From positions 1 to 52,355 of the forward strand of contig JAHEGS010000001.1 of the NCBI GenBank assembly GCA_024645005.1: a stretch of 52,355 nucleotides of DNA. Direction: 5' to 3'. The position numbers and the translations under genes were made by a program. Below are positions 16,941-27,104 of the stretch, in pieces. The notes under the pieces are model-generated. The model worked only from the letters and a program-made list of their open reading frames with translations, did no database searches and had not been told where the DNA came from. How positions within the stretch are numbered: the first letter of the stretch is position 1; each line of letters starts with the position of its first letter. Source of the stretch: Bacteroidota bacterium. GTDB taxonomy: Bacteria; Bacteroidota; Bacteroidia; NS11-12g; UBA9320.

Positions 16941-19286
16941 GTGCTTTTTCCAAAAAATATTAATAAAAAATTAGGCTTTGATCAATTTCTTGAATTTGCG
17001 AAAAATCATTGTGAGACGGAATTAGGAAAATCAATTTACCAAAAAATAAGATTCACCCACCAATCGGAGATTCTTTCTCTGTGGTTAGAACAAACTAAGG
17101 AAGCACAAGAAATACTTGAAGAAGCTCAACTAAATGTATCACTTCCACTTGACTTTGATTTACATGAAAAAACTGCCCATATTCAAGGATTTTTCTATGA
17201 AACTGAGTCAATACAAGAAATTAGTGATTTTCTTAAATCAAGTAAAAAGGTAGATGATTTTTTTAAAAATAATCTTGAGGAATATCCAAAACTATCACGA
17301 GTTTTTAAAGATATAGCAATAGACTACTCACTAATCGATCAGGTAGATCAAATTCTAGATCCAGATGGCAGTATCAAACCATCTGCCACGCCCATGCTTC
17401 GTAAAATATATGGTCAAATAAAAAAATTAGAAACCAGCATATTTAAGAGTTCAAATTCTATTTTTTTACATGCCAAAGAAAAAGGATTGCTTGCCGATAC
17501 AGAGTTAGGTATAAAAAATGGGAGAGTAGTGCTCCCTGTTTTATCGGAATATAAACGAAAGGTGCATGGCGTATTAATTGATCAATCTGGTACGGGTAAA
17601 ATTTCCTATATAGAACCAATTGAAATTGTAAGTTTAAATAATGACTTGTCAGAGTTACAAATAAAAAAGAGGCAGGAAATCATTACTATTTTGAAGAAAA
17701 TAACGACCCATATCGTCTCTAATTTAAGAGATATCAAAATAGCAAGACAAAATTTGGCATTTTATGACTTTGTAAGATCAAAAGCTAGGCTTGCATCTGA
17801 CTGGGAATGTCAGTTACCTAAGTTTGATTCGCATACTTATGTAATCAATAGTAAACACCCACTATTAAAAGAAAGGCTTAAAGATGAAAATAAGCAATTA
17901 GTGCCTCTTGATTACTCGTTAGATAAAAATAATCGCATTATTGTAATCTCAGGTCCAAATGCAGGAGGTAAGTCAGTTGCATTAAAAACGGTCGGTTTGC
18001 TCCAAATGATGTTACAACACGGTTTTTTGGTCCCATGTACTGCTGAAAGTACTTTCCAACTTTTTGAGCATATTTTTATAGATATTGGAGATGATCAGAG
18101 TATTGAATCAGATTTGAGTACGTATTCTTCTCATCTTAAGTCAGTTAAACACATCGTTAATTTTTGTAATAATAAAACATTGATTTTAATGGATGAGATA
18201 GGTACTGGAACAGATCCTATGTTTGGAGGGCCAATTGCAGAGGCTGTCTTGGAATCTATCCACGCAAAAAATGCGTATGGTATTATTACGACTCATTTCA
18301 GCAATATAAAGGCCAAAGCTGATCAGCTCAATGGAATTCAAAATGCTGCTATGCTGTTTGATGTTGAAAATTTAATTCCGTTATACAAATTGCAAGTTGG
18401 AAAGCCTGGAAGTTCTTTCTCATTTGAAGTAGCCAGTAATATTGGTCTTAATAAAAAAATAATAAAAAGAGCAAAAGCACTGACAGATACGAAACAATAT
18501 GATTTAGATGAATTACTCTCTGATGTTCAGTCACAACAAGAAAAACTCAAGGAAAAAGAACGAGTGTTGAATAAAAAACTAGCTAATGCAAAAGACTATG
18601 AACGTGAATATAGATTGCTTAAAGAGCAAATAGAGAATCATAAATCCCAGATTATCCAGCAAGCGAATACACAAGCTAGCTCTATTATAAAGTCGGCAAA
18701 CAAAGAGATTGAAAAAACAATTAGACTTATCAAAGAGAGTGCTGCTGATAAGAAAAAAACAAATAAGGTAAGAAATTCATTGAGCCAAAAAGTATCAAAA
18801 TTGGGTAAAAAACACCCTGAATATTCATCTGATATAGTCTATGAAATTGGAGATCAAGTGCAAGTGAAAGGTTCGGATACTGCTGGAGAAATAACGGAAA
18901 TCAAAAAAAATAGAATTACTATAAATTTTGGTGGTTTGACAACCAAAACGAGCATAGAAAATATTGAGAAGGTAGGAGAAAAAAATGCTAAAAAAGTAAA
19001 AAAGTATATAAGTGAATCTTCCTATCTTCAAAAGCAGAAGAATTTTAAATCAGAAATTGATGTTCGAGGAATGAGGACGCATGAAGCCCTTATTGAAGTA
19101 GATAATTTAATTGATACAGCATTGATTATGGGTGTTTCCAAACTGAGAATTTTACATGGTAAAGGAAATGGCATTTTAAGAACAGAAATTAGAAAGCATT
19201 TAAAACTAAATCCAATAATAGCTGACATGTCATATGAACGGGTTGATTTAGGTGGCGAGGGAATTAGTATCATAGAATTAAGTTAA
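16941..19286 (+). CDS. mutS2: MutS2 (endonuclease / ribosome collision factor)
   Basis: GPNAGGKS Walker A; DIGDDQSI and DEIGTGTDP motifs; C-terminal Smr domain ILHGKGNGILR. Confidence 0.95.
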   Translation: MLFPKNINKKLGFDQFLEFAKNHCETELGKSIYQKIRFTHQSEILSLWLEQTKEAQEILEEAQLNVSLPLDFDLHEKTAHIQGFFYETESIQEISDFLKSSKKVDDFFKNNLEEYPKLSRVFKDIAIDYSLIDQVDQILDPDGSIKPSATPMLRKIYGQIKKLETSIFKSSNSIFLHAKEKGLLADTELGIKNGRVVLPVLSEYKRKVHGVLIDQSGTGKISYIEPIEIVSLNNDLSELQIKKRQEIITILKKITTHIVSNLRDIKIARQNLAFYDFVRSKARLASDWECQLPKFDSHTYVINSKHPLLKERLKDENKQLVPLDYSLDKNNRIIVISGPNAGGKSVALKTVGLLQMMLQHGFLVPCTAESTFQLFEHIFIDIGDDQSIESDLSTYSSHLKSVKHIVNFCNNKTLILMDEIGTGTDPMFGGPIAEAVLESIHAKNAYGIITTHFSNIKAKADQLNGIQNAAMLFDVENLIPLYKLQVGKPGSSFSFEVASNIGLNKKIIKRAKALTDTKQYDLDELLSDVQSQQEKLKEKERVLNKKLANAKDYEREYRLLKEQIENHKSQIIQQANTQASSIIKSANKEIEKTIRLIKESAADKKKTNKVRNSLSQKVSKLGKKHPEYSSDIVYEIGDQVQVKGSDTAGEITEIKKNRITINFGGLTTKTSIENIEKVGEKNAKKVKKYISESSYLQKQKNFKSEIDVRGMRTHEALIEVDNLIDTALIMGVSKLRILHGKGNGILRTEIRKHLKLNPIIADMSYERVDLGGEGISIIELS

Positions 19287-19313
19287 CTTCGCTATTGAAG
19301 TATTCATATTTAC

Positions 19314-19712
19314 ATGAAGCAATTATTTAAATACGGAGATACGAAAGAATTTTATAAGATAGTATCCAAAAAAGATACGGCAAAGTTTAATGGAGTGGAA
19401 GTACACCCTTACTACAGCACTTTCGCACTTGCTCGTGATGCTGAGTGGTCTAGTAGATTATTTGTATTGGATATGAAAGAAGTGGATGAGGAGGGAATTG
19501 GTACCTTCGTCAATGTTAAACATGTTTCCCCAGCACTAATTGGAGATGAAGTTAGGTTCATTGCAACAATTAAAAGCGTGATACATAATGAGGTTATATG
19601 CACGATAACTGCTAAGGTTAGAGGGAAGCTAATTGCACAAATTGAGACGGGACAGAAGATATTGAATTCTGATGAGCTTGAAGCATTAAAAAGAAAGGTA
19701 AAAAGTGGCTAA
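19314..19712 (+). CDS. Hot-dog fold thioesterase (fluoroacetyl-CoA thioesterase-like)
   Basis: HPYYSTFALARDAE and GIGTFVNVKHVSPALIG motifs. Confidence 0.75.
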   Translation: MKQLFKYGDTKEFYKIVSKKDTAKFNGVEVHPYYSTFALARDAEWSSRLFVLDMKEVDEEGIGTFVNVKHVSPALIGDEVRFIATIKSVIHNEVICTITAKVRGKLIAQIETGQKILNSDELEALKRKVKSG

Positions 19713-20166
19713 AAAGAAACAAAGAGAAAACAGTATTACTCGAAACCGAAAAGCCTATTTTGAATATTCTATTGGTGATACTTTTGAGGCAGGAATCGTT
19801 TTGACTGGAGCCGAAATTAAGTCTATTCGAGATAAAAAAGTTAGCATTTCTGAAGGGTATTGTTTTTTTGATGATAGTGGGGTCTTTAAAATTAAAGGCA
19901 TGCGAATTTCTGAATTTAAAAATGCCGGTTATGTCCAACAAGATCCAGATCGAGACAAATGCTTACTACTTACCAAAACAGAACTAAAAAATATTAAGAA
20001 TAAATTAAAAGATCAAGGGATTACAATTGTTCCAATTGAATTGTTTATATCTGTCAAAGGATTTGCAAAGATTGAGATTGGAATAGCAAAAGGTAAAAAA
20101 ATACATGATAAACGCGATAGTCTTAAGGATAAAGCGATTAATCGTGAGATAAATAAATACACCTAA
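19705..20166 (+). CDS. smpB: SsrA-binding protein
   Basis: NRKAYFEY, EAGIVLTGAEIKSIR and GKKIHDKR motifs. Confidence 0.96.
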   Translation: MAKKKQRENSITRNRKAYFEYSIGDTFEAGIVLTGAEIKSIRDKKVSISEGYCFFDDSGVFKIKGMRISEFKNAGYVQQDPDRDKCLLLTKTELKNIKNKLKDQGITIVPIELFISVKGFAKIEIGIAKGKKIHDKRDSLKDKAINREINKYT

Positions 20167-20238
20167 TTATCGATATTTATATTCGACTAAAAAATCTGAA
20201 CTTATTCTTAAATAATGCCATAAATTCGCAACTTCATT

Positions 20239-20324
20239 GCTCACGTGGTGAAATTGGTAGACACGCCAGCTTGAGGGGCTGGTGTCCGCTTTAGGACGTG
20301 CTGGTTCGAATCCAGTCGTGAGCA
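20239..20324 (+). tRNA. tRNA-Leu (anticodon GAG)
   Basis: GCTCACG/CGTGAGC acceptor stem; CCAGC-TTGAGGG-GCTGG anticodon arm; long variable arm; TAAATTCG box at 20221-20228. Confidence 0.96.
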
Positions 20325-20356
20325 CATACTCGTCCATATTAATAACCCATTATAAA

Positions 20357-21496
20357 ATGAAATTCGGAACCAAAGCTATTCATGCAGGACTAGAACCTGA
20401 CAGTGCCACAGGAGCTATTATGACTCCAATATATCAAACAAGTACTTATGTTCAAGACGGAATAGGAAATCATAAGGGGTTTGAGTATAGTCGAACAGGA
20501 AACCCTACAAGACATGCTCTAGAGTCAAATCTGGCAGCCATTGAAAATGGTAAATACGGAGCTTGTTTTGGAAGTGGGTTGGCAGCTATTGATTGTGTAA
20601 TTAAAATGCTTAATCCTGGAGATGAAGTAATTTCAACCAATGATCTCTATGGTGGCTCATATCGAATTTTTAAAACCATTTTTGAAAAATACGGTATCAA
20701 ATTTCACTTTGTTGATATGCTTGACATAGAAAACATTTCCAATGTGATTAATGATAAAACTAAGTTGATTTGGGTGGAAACACCAACAAACCCCATGATG
20801 AATATCATTGATATTGAAGCGGTATCAAAAATTGCAAAATCCAATCATACTTTATTGGCAGTTGATAACACATTTGCAACACCTTATTTACAAACTCCGC
20901 TAGATTTAGGTGCAGATATCGTTATGCATTCAGTTACAAAGTATTTAGGTGGACATAGTGATGTTGTTATGGGTGCTTTAGTATGTAATGATGATAAGAT
21001 TGCAGAGGAGATGTATCGGATTCAAAATAGTAGTGGTGCAGTTACAGCTCCAATGGATTCATTCCTTGTTTTGAGAGGCATTAAAACACTCCATGTTCGA
21101 TTGCAACGTCATTGTGAGAATGGAGAAAAAATAGCTCAATGGTTGAATGATCATCCCAAAGTTGATAAGGTATATTGGCCAGGCTTTGAAACGCATACTA
21201 ATCATGATGTTGCAAAACGTCAGATGCGAGGTTTTGGAGGAATGATTTCATTCACACTAAAAGGCAATCAAATTGAAGAAGCAAAACAGATTGTCAAGCA
21301 AACACACTTATTCTCACTAGCAGAAAGCCTAGGTGGTGTTGAAAGTTTGATTGGCCACCCAGCTACCATGACTCATGCATCAATCCCCAAAGAAGAACGT
21401 GAAAAATCAGGTGTCGTTGATTCATTAATTCGTTTAAGTGTAGGTATCGAGGATGCTGATGATTTAATTGCAGACTTGGACAAAGCAATGTCATAG
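20357..21496 (+). CDS. Cystathionine gamma-synthase/gamma-lyase (Cys/Met metabolism PLP enzyme)
   Basis: YSRTGNPT, ETPTNP, DNTFATP and HSVTKYLGGHSD motifs; start trimmed to MKFGTK because the longer ORF runs through the tRNA. Confidence 0.93.
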   Translation: MKFGTKAIHAGLEPDSATGAIMTPIYQTSTYVQDGIGNHKGFEYSRTGNPTRHALESNLAAIENGKYGACFGSGLAAIDCVIKMLNPGDEVISTNDLYGGSYRIFKTIFEKYGIKFHFVDMLDIENISNVINDKTKLIWVETPTNPMMNIIDIEAVSKIAKSNHTLLAVDNTFATPYLQTPLDLGADIVMHSVTKYLGGHSDVVMGALVCNDDKIAEEMYRIQNSSGAVTAPMDSFLVLRGIKTLHVRLQRHCENGEKIAQWLNDHPKVDKVYWPGFETHTNHDVAKRQMRGFGGMISFTLKGNQIEEAKQIVKQTHLFSLAESLGGVESLIGHPATMTHASIPKEEREKSGVVDSLIRLSVGIEDADDLIADLDKAMS

Positions 21497-21503
21497 TGAT
21501 ACG

Positions 21504-22256
21504 TTGAATTTGAAAATTCAAGACGTAAAAGATGAGTTAGATGGTGTTTTGAACACCATAAATCCAAGGGATTTCATAGAGAATGACCCCATTTCCATAC
21601 CTAAACGATTTGTAAAGAAACAAGATATAGAGGTATCAGCATTTTTTGCTGCAATTTTAGCTTGGGGACAACGAAAAACAATTATTAACAACACCAATAG
21701 ATTGATGAATTGGATGGGAGAGGAACCTTATCGATTTATCATGGAGCATTCAGGTACCGATTTAAAGGTGTTTGAGTCCTTCGTTCATCGTACATTTAAT
21801 AGCACTGATTGCCTTTATTTTATTGAGGTACTTAAGCAATTCTATATGAAAGAGGATTCATTAGAAAAATCCTTTAAAGGAGATACAATCAAAAACCGAT
21901 TAATTTATTTTCATCACCAATTTTTTGATTTTGATTTTGCCCCTCAAAGAACAAGGAAGCACATAGCAAATCCATCTAAGAATTCTTCTGCTAAACGTTT
22001 AAATATGTTTCTACGCTGGATGGTTAGAAAAGATTCTATTGATTTTGGAATTTGGGATTCGATTAAGCCAGCTGACTTACGATGTCCATTGGATGTTCAT
22101 GTACAAAGAGCTGCTTTTCATTTTGGTTTATTGTCACGAAAACAACAAGATTGGAAAGCCGTAGATGAGTTGTCAGATTGTTTACTAAGATTAGATGCTA
22201 ATGATCCAATAAAATACGACTTAGCATTATTTAGATGGAGCGAGTCAAAAGGATGA
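21504..22256 (+). CDS. TIGR02757/DUF2400 family protein
   Basis: FIENDPISIP, AWGQR, KRLNMFLRWMVR, PLDVHV and DPIKYDLALF motifs; TTG start is uncertain. Confidence 0.85.
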   Translation: MNLKIQDVKDELDGVLNTINPRDFIENDPISIPKRFVKKQDIEVSAFFAAILAWGQRKTIINNTNRLMNWMGEEPYRFIMEHSGTDLKVFESFVHRTFNSTDCLYFIEVLKQFYMKEDSLEKSFKGDTIKNRLIYFHHQFFDFDFAPQRTRKHIANPSKNSSAKRLNMFLRWMVRKDSIDFGIWDSIKPADLRCPLDVHVQRAAFHFGLLSRKQQDWKAVDELSDCLLRLDANDPIKYDLALFRWSESKG

Positions 22257-22268
22257 AAATTAAATAAC

Positions 22269-23345
22269 TTAATTTATAAGTTTACCATTATCCCACTTTT
22301 CAGTTTTCCACTTGTTTCCATCAAGGTTCCAATATTCCCAAGTGCCGTGCTTTAGATTTTTGATAAATTCACCTTTGCATTTCCCAAATAGGTTTGTTGC
22401 ACCAAGTTTCCATGCACCTGTTTTTTCTCCATTTACATAAGTGCCTTCGTCTGGACCGCCTTGTGAAAATTTGTGCTCTACCCAGTAGCCAGTCTTTAGA
22501 TTATCAGCATATTCTCCATGTGTGTCCAAACCTTGTTGTTTAAACAATTTATAAGGACCATTTAGTTTGTCATTTTTATAGGTTTTAATTTCAAGTGGTT
22601 TACCACTCATCGTATAGGTAATGCTTTGACCATTTATTTTTCCTTTACTGTAAAATGATTTTTCAATTAATTGGCCTTCAAGCGTATAGGTTGATTTTTC
22701 CCCATCTGTAAATCCATTGATATAGTTGGATGTTTCTGCAATTTGACCATTAATATGGTACAGAGTACATGATCCATTTCTCAATCCGCTCTTGTAATTT
22801 ATTTCTTTTCTTTTTCCTCCATCTCGATAATATGAGGTAACTAAACCTTCAGGTTTGCCATCATGGAATTTTCCTTTTTGTTCGATCTGACCATTGGAAT
22901 GATAAAGCACAAAATTTCCTTGTTCAAGACCGTCACTAAAAGTGACCCTTTTTTTTGGCTGACCATTTTTATAATGTGAGGTGTAAGGTCCGTTAAGTTT
23001 TCCGTTGTAATATATGCAATTTACTTCTGGTGATCCGTTCTGATAGAAGGTTTTAAAGGACCCGTGTCTAACTCCATTCAAGTATTGAATATCTTGATTT
23101 TGCTTACCATTCTCATACCAACTTTTAAAAGAACCGTGAATTTTTCCATTAGACCAAGTTATTCGTTGCATGGGTTTATTGTTGGATGGCCAAAGCAATA
23201 ACGATTCACCAGAATACAGAGTTTTATTATACATATAATCGCCAGACTCATTTTTAGTGAGTTTACTAAATGCTACTTTATTTTGGCTGAATGCTAGAGT
23301 AATAGTAAATAATAAGGTGGTGGTAATGGTTTTTCTCAATGACAT
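22269..23345 (-). CDS. Exported MORN-variant repeat protein (YwqK-like)
   Basis: Signal peptide; roughly a dozen ~24-aa repeats of the type Y.NG...HG....YY.NGq. Confidence 0.82.
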   Translation of the reverse strand: MSLRKTITTTLLFTITLAFSQNKVAFSKLTKNESGDYMYNKTLYSGESLLLWPSNNKPMQRITWSNGKIHGSFKSWYENGKQNQDIQYLNGVRHGSFKTFYQNGSPEVNCIYYNGKLNGPYTSHYKNGQPKKRVTFSDGLEQGNFVLYHSNGQIEQKGKFHDGKPEGLVTSYYRDGGKRKEINYKSGLRNGSCTLYHINGQIAETSNYINGFTDGEKSTYTLEGQLIEKSFYSKGKINGQSITYTMSGKPLEIKTYKNDKLNGPYKLFKQQGLDTHGEYADNLKTGYWVEHKFSQGGPDEGTYVNGEKTGAWKLGATNLFGKCKGEFIKNLKHGTWEYWNLDGNKWKTEKWDNGKLIN

Positions 23346-23373
23346 TATCGCAAATTTACATTTAGGAATAAAT

Positions 23374-24351
23374 TTATTTTGGTATACTTATAACGATTTT
23401 TTTTGTGTCTTGCATGTTCATACAATTGAAATGACCTCTTGGGCATTTGTCACTCCCTAACTTACTGCATGGGTGACAGGCTAAATTCACTAAATGATTT
23501 TGAACTTTTTCCTTGGAGACATAGGCGTGCATTCCAAGTTTTGGATGCGTATTTCCCCATAATGTAATGATATCGACATCAAAGCACGATGCAATATGCA
23601 TCATGCCTGTATCACCTGTAATTATCGTTTTTGAATGCTTAATGATGTAAGCAGACTCATCAATGGTAAGCTTATTACATAGGTTGATTATATTTTTATG
23701 ATTTGAATTTTTCATAATAAAATCAGCCTTTTTTGTGTCTTTGTCACCAGCTCCAATCAATACCACATGAGAATCATTTAATCGTTTAAGTAACATTAAT
23801 AGCACATTATTTGGTATTTGTTTGGTGTAATAAGTAGCACCTAACGAAAGAACAATATATTGTTTTTTCTGAATATGATATTGCTTTAAATCGATTGCAA
23901 GTTTACGTGGTAGATGATATTCAACTCCTTGATTATCGTTCTTAATATTTAATGATTTTAAGCCATCAAAATAGCGATCTATAATATGTACATCGGGCAA
24001 TAGATCAATTTTAAAATGCACAAATAACCACTTCTTGAAATTTAATTTATTGAAGCTAAACCATTTTGTATTAATTGCTCTTTTGATTTTAAATGTCCTG
24101 ATATTTTTATGTAAATCGATGACTAAATCAAAATTCTCTTTTTTTAGATCTTCTACAAGGATGTTAAAATTATGATCATTCAACGCATGCAACTTTGTAA
24201 TATGTGTGTTATGAGTGATAAGGTTTGAATATGTTTCTTTAGTTAGATAGTGAATTTCAGCATTTGGAATTTGATTTTTTACACACCTTATGATAGGTGA
24301 GGTAAGCACAATATCTCCAATGCTACTAAATCGTATAATTAGAATCTTCAT
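23374..24351 (-). CDS. Glycosyltransferase family 9
   Basis: ILIIRFSSIGDIVL and DTGMMHIAS motifs; C-terminal C-x2-C...C. Confidence 0.92.
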   Translation of the reverse strand: MKILIIRFSSIGDIVLTSPIIRCVKNQIPNAEIHYLTKETYSNLITHNTHITKLHALNDHNFNILVEDLKKENFDLVIDLHKNIRTFKIKRAINTKWFSFNKLNFKKWLFVHFKIDLLPDVHIIDRYFDGLKSLNIKNDNQGVEYHLPRKLAIDLKQYHIQKKQYIVLSLGATYYTKQIPNNVLLMLLKRLNDSHVVLIGAGDKDTKKADFIMKNSNHKNIINLCNKLTIDESAYIIKHSKTIITGDTGMMHIASCFDVDIITLWGNTHPKLGMHAYVSKEKVQNHLVNLACHPCSKLGSDKCPRGHFNCMNMQDTKKIVISIPK

Positions 24352-24770
24352 TTCTTGGGTGCATAAATTAGTTCATCATTCAGAAATGCTCCTTCAGTGA
24401 TATAAGCGGCTGAAACATTGTTTTCAATCATTGCAATAACGATTGTATGATTGTTATTTTTCTCGTCGGTGATTCTCATAATATGTTTTATAACTCCATA
24501 CTGACCTTTCATGGAGCATGGTAGTCTTGAAACATCAAAGTCTCCTGTGTTAAAAAAAGAATTATAGAAATCCCAATTATATAGTTGGGTTAAATCAATA
24601 GTATCGTTAGGATCAAATCGGGTTTTTTTGTAGTAATCAATGAATTGATAAGTATCAGTATTGCATTCGTTAAAAAACAAGGTATCCTGAATTTTAATTT
24701 CTACCTCGTTTTGCTGAGCTAATGCTGTCGCTCCTGTAAAAAGCGTAAGTATTAGAGTTGAATTTTTCAT
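24348..24770 (-). CDS. Exported hypothetical protein
   Basis: Signal peptide MKNSTLILTLFTGATALA-Q from 24770; ATGA overlap with the GT9 gene. Confidence 0.7.
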   Translation of the reverse strand: MKNSTLILTLFTGATALAQQNEVEIKIQDTLFFNECNTDTYQFIDYYKKTRFDPNDTIDLTQLYNWDFYNSFFNTGDFDVSRLPCSMKGQYGVIKHIMRITDEKNNNHTIVIAMIENNVSAAYITEGAFLNDELIYAPKK

Positions 24771-24899
24771 CAATTTTAATAATGTGTTAATATGAATACG
24801 AATGTCAACGCTAATCATTGCGACCAAAATAATATAAATACACACAATAAAGTGAATAACTCTGTGTTTTAGCAGTGTAATTCTAAATAAATTTGTTTA

Positions 24900-25832
24900 A
24901 TGAAAAATTTAATTCTATCTATCATTTTATTATCATCCATATATTCCTATGGGCACAAGACAGATTCCATTGGCATTCGCGTTAGAAATGGGAGGACCTA
25001 TATATTACACAAAGTTGAAAAAGGTGATGGTCTCTATAGTCTGAGTAGAAAATACAATATAAGTTTAAAAACAATTGTCGATGATAATCCGGGTTCGGAT
25101 AATGTTATTAAAATAGACCAGTTAATTTGGATACTAACAGACTTGGAGCCCGTAGTTCAAGAAAAAGTAGTGGATGACTATTTTAACAACTTACCCTCAA
25201 AAGAATATATTTCTAAACCAAATGTGGAGTCGAATAATCAGGTAACCACATTTGCTAAATATCACAAAGTGTTGGCGGGGGAAACATTATACTCTATAAG
25301 CAAAAAGTACAATACAAGTGTCGAAATGATAAAAAATCTCAATAATATGAGTTTAGATAACATTGCTGAAGGGCAACGTATTTTGGTTCAAGACGGTCAA
25401 GCTAAAACAGTATTTGTGTCAGATAATCAATCGGATTCATTTTCAAATTCTAAGTCTAGTTCTTATAGTGATCTGGGCTTTGATACTAAGATTGAAACAA
25501 AGACAATTGAAAATAATGATGGCTATTACATCAAAGTAGAAACTCTAAAGGAATATAATATTGAGAAAATCGAAGAGGGTGGAGATGTAATCGTAGGTGA
25601 TTCAAAATTATCGGAAAATAAGAATTTTGCATTGCACTATAGTGCACCTAATGGTCAAGTGATTATGGTTACAAATCCAAAAAATAGCAAGACCGTTTTT
25701 GTGAAGATTATAGGAAATTTTACAAAACCAGTAAATAGTTCAGAGATTATAAAATTATCATCAATGTCTGCTTCAGCAATTGGGGTATCTAGTAAAGACA
25801 AGGTGATGCTTAGTTATGCAATTGCTAGATAG
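24900..25832 (+). CDS. LysM peptidoglycan-binding protein with C-terminal RlpA/DPBB-like domain
   Basis: Two LysM motifs (HKVEKGDGLYSLSRKY; HKVLAGETLYSISKKY); ALHYSAPNGQVIMVTNP..KTVFVKI. Confidence 0.85.
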   Translation: MKNLILSIILLSSIYSYGHKTDSIGIRVRNGRTYILHKVEKGDGLYSLSRKYNISLKTIVDDNPGSDNVIKIDQLIWILTDLEPVVQEKVVDDYFNNLPSKEYISKPNVESNNQVTTFAKYHKVLAGETLYSISKKYNTSVEMIKNLNNMSLDNIAEGQRILVQDGQAKTVFVSDNQSDSFSNSKSSSYSDLGFDTKIETKTIENNDGYYIKVETLKEYNIEKIEEGGDVIVGDSKLSENKNFALHYSAPNGQVIMVTNPKNSKTVFVKIIGNFTKPVNSSEIIKLSSMSASAIGVSSKDKVMLSYAIAR

Positions 25833-27048
25833 TGATTTCAGATTAGAGAAAACCTCTCAGTTCTTTTACTACGTCTTATTATTAGGCTTTATAAGCTTGT
25901 GGTTATCTCCTTTTTTGGTGAGTCTAACAACAGGGTTATCACTTATTTATGTGATAGCCAACTATAACTATTTTTTAATTCATAATAGCTTAAAAATAAC
26001 TTATATAGCTATAGCTGTTTTTTTGTTGAGTTTGGGGGATATTTTATTGAATGGCTATACCACAATAACCTTTTCTAAATCCTTATTACTTCTTGGTTTT
26101 GTGTTTATTTTAGCTTCTTCTTTTATGTTGTTTTCACATAAAAAAAACAGCCTCATTAATTTCACGCTAATTATATCATCAGTTGTATCATTGGTCAACA
26201 TTTTTGCAATTACTAATTATCTGCTAAAGAAAGACTTCTATGATGCACTATTATTACAAAGCAAAAGTATTCCTATACCAAATATGCATCACATCCATTT
26301 TGGAATTATAAATGCTTGCATTATAGCCTTATTATTAGGTCTGCTAATTACTAAAAGCTTAAAGGATAAGATTCAATTTAATTTAGCTATTTGCCTTCTT
26401 TTGATTAGTGTTGTTTCGTTTCATATATTAAGTTCAAGGACCGGATTGTTATCATTCTATGTTGGGATTTTAGTTTCAATGATATGGTATACGATTCAGA
26501 AAAAATCATTTAAAGCAATGTTCCTAGGCATTTTAATTATCATTTTATCATTATCTATGTCTTATTATTTTAGTGATTCTTTCCGAAACAAAATTCAAAA
26601 TAGCATAGAGGATTACAATAGTTGGGGAAAAGGGGACGAAATCAATTTTAAGTCAATGGCTATGCGAATGGAGGCTTCTAAAATGTGTATTCAGATTATT
26701 GGAGAATATCCACTTGGAGTAGGTGCAGAAGCTCAAGAACAGGTTCTTCAAGCTACCTATGTCAAAGAAAATACGCCATTAGATATGGAAAATAGGGTAG
26801 GACCTCATAATCAGTTTTTGGATTTTGGTGTAAAGTATGGATGGATTGGTATGATTCTTTTATTCCTATTTTTTATTTACTTGATTCCAATAATTCGCAA
26901 ATCATCATTTCCGATGATTGCCATCGTTGGTATTATTTTCACCTCATTGTTTTTTGAATCCTTATTAGAGAGACAAACCAGTATATTTATTTTCAGTTTG
27001 TTCATTCCTTTATCTATTTCTTTATTTAGGTTAGAAGAAAACGGATAA
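25816..27048 (+). CDS. O-antigen ligase family membrane protein
   Basis: Polytopic membrane protein; SSRTG, PLGVG and PHNQFL motifs. Confidence 0.85.
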   Translation: MQLLDSDFRLEKTSQFFYYVLLLGFISLWLSPFLVSLTTGLSLIYVIANYNYFLIHNSLKITYIAIAVFLLSLGDILLNGYTTITFSKSLLLLGFVFILASSFMLFSHKKNSLINFTLIISSVVSLVNIFAITNYLLKKDFYDALLLQSKSIPIPNMHHIHFGIINACIIALLLGLLITKSLKDKIQFNLAICLLLISVVSFHILSSRTGLLSFYVGILVSMIWYTIQKKSFKAMFLGILIIILSLSMSYYFSDSFRNKIQNSIEDYNSWGKGDEINFKSMAMRMEASKMCIQIIGEYPLGVGAEAQEQVLQATYVKENTPLDMENRVGPHNQFLDFGVKYGWIGMILLFLFFIYLIPIIRKSSFPMIAIVGIIFTSLFFESLLERQTSIFIFSLFIPLSISLFRLEENG

Positions 27049-27104
27049 TTGTGAGGTAAATATGACTTCCATCTGAATCTATTCCTCGTAAATTTGCAGA
27101 TAAT

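Noticed and set aside
20282-20356. N-terminal extensions in the ORF track (cystathionine enzyme, rplS, valS, LptF/G, USP and others)
   Set aside because: The extensions run through a tRNA, promoters or terminators. Downstream ATGs fit the family N-termini and the promoter boxes.
22269-23345. YwqK-like protein as the antitoxin of a toxin-antitoxin system
   Set aside because: It has a signal peptide and no adjacent toxin, so the label reflects only the MORN-variant repeats.
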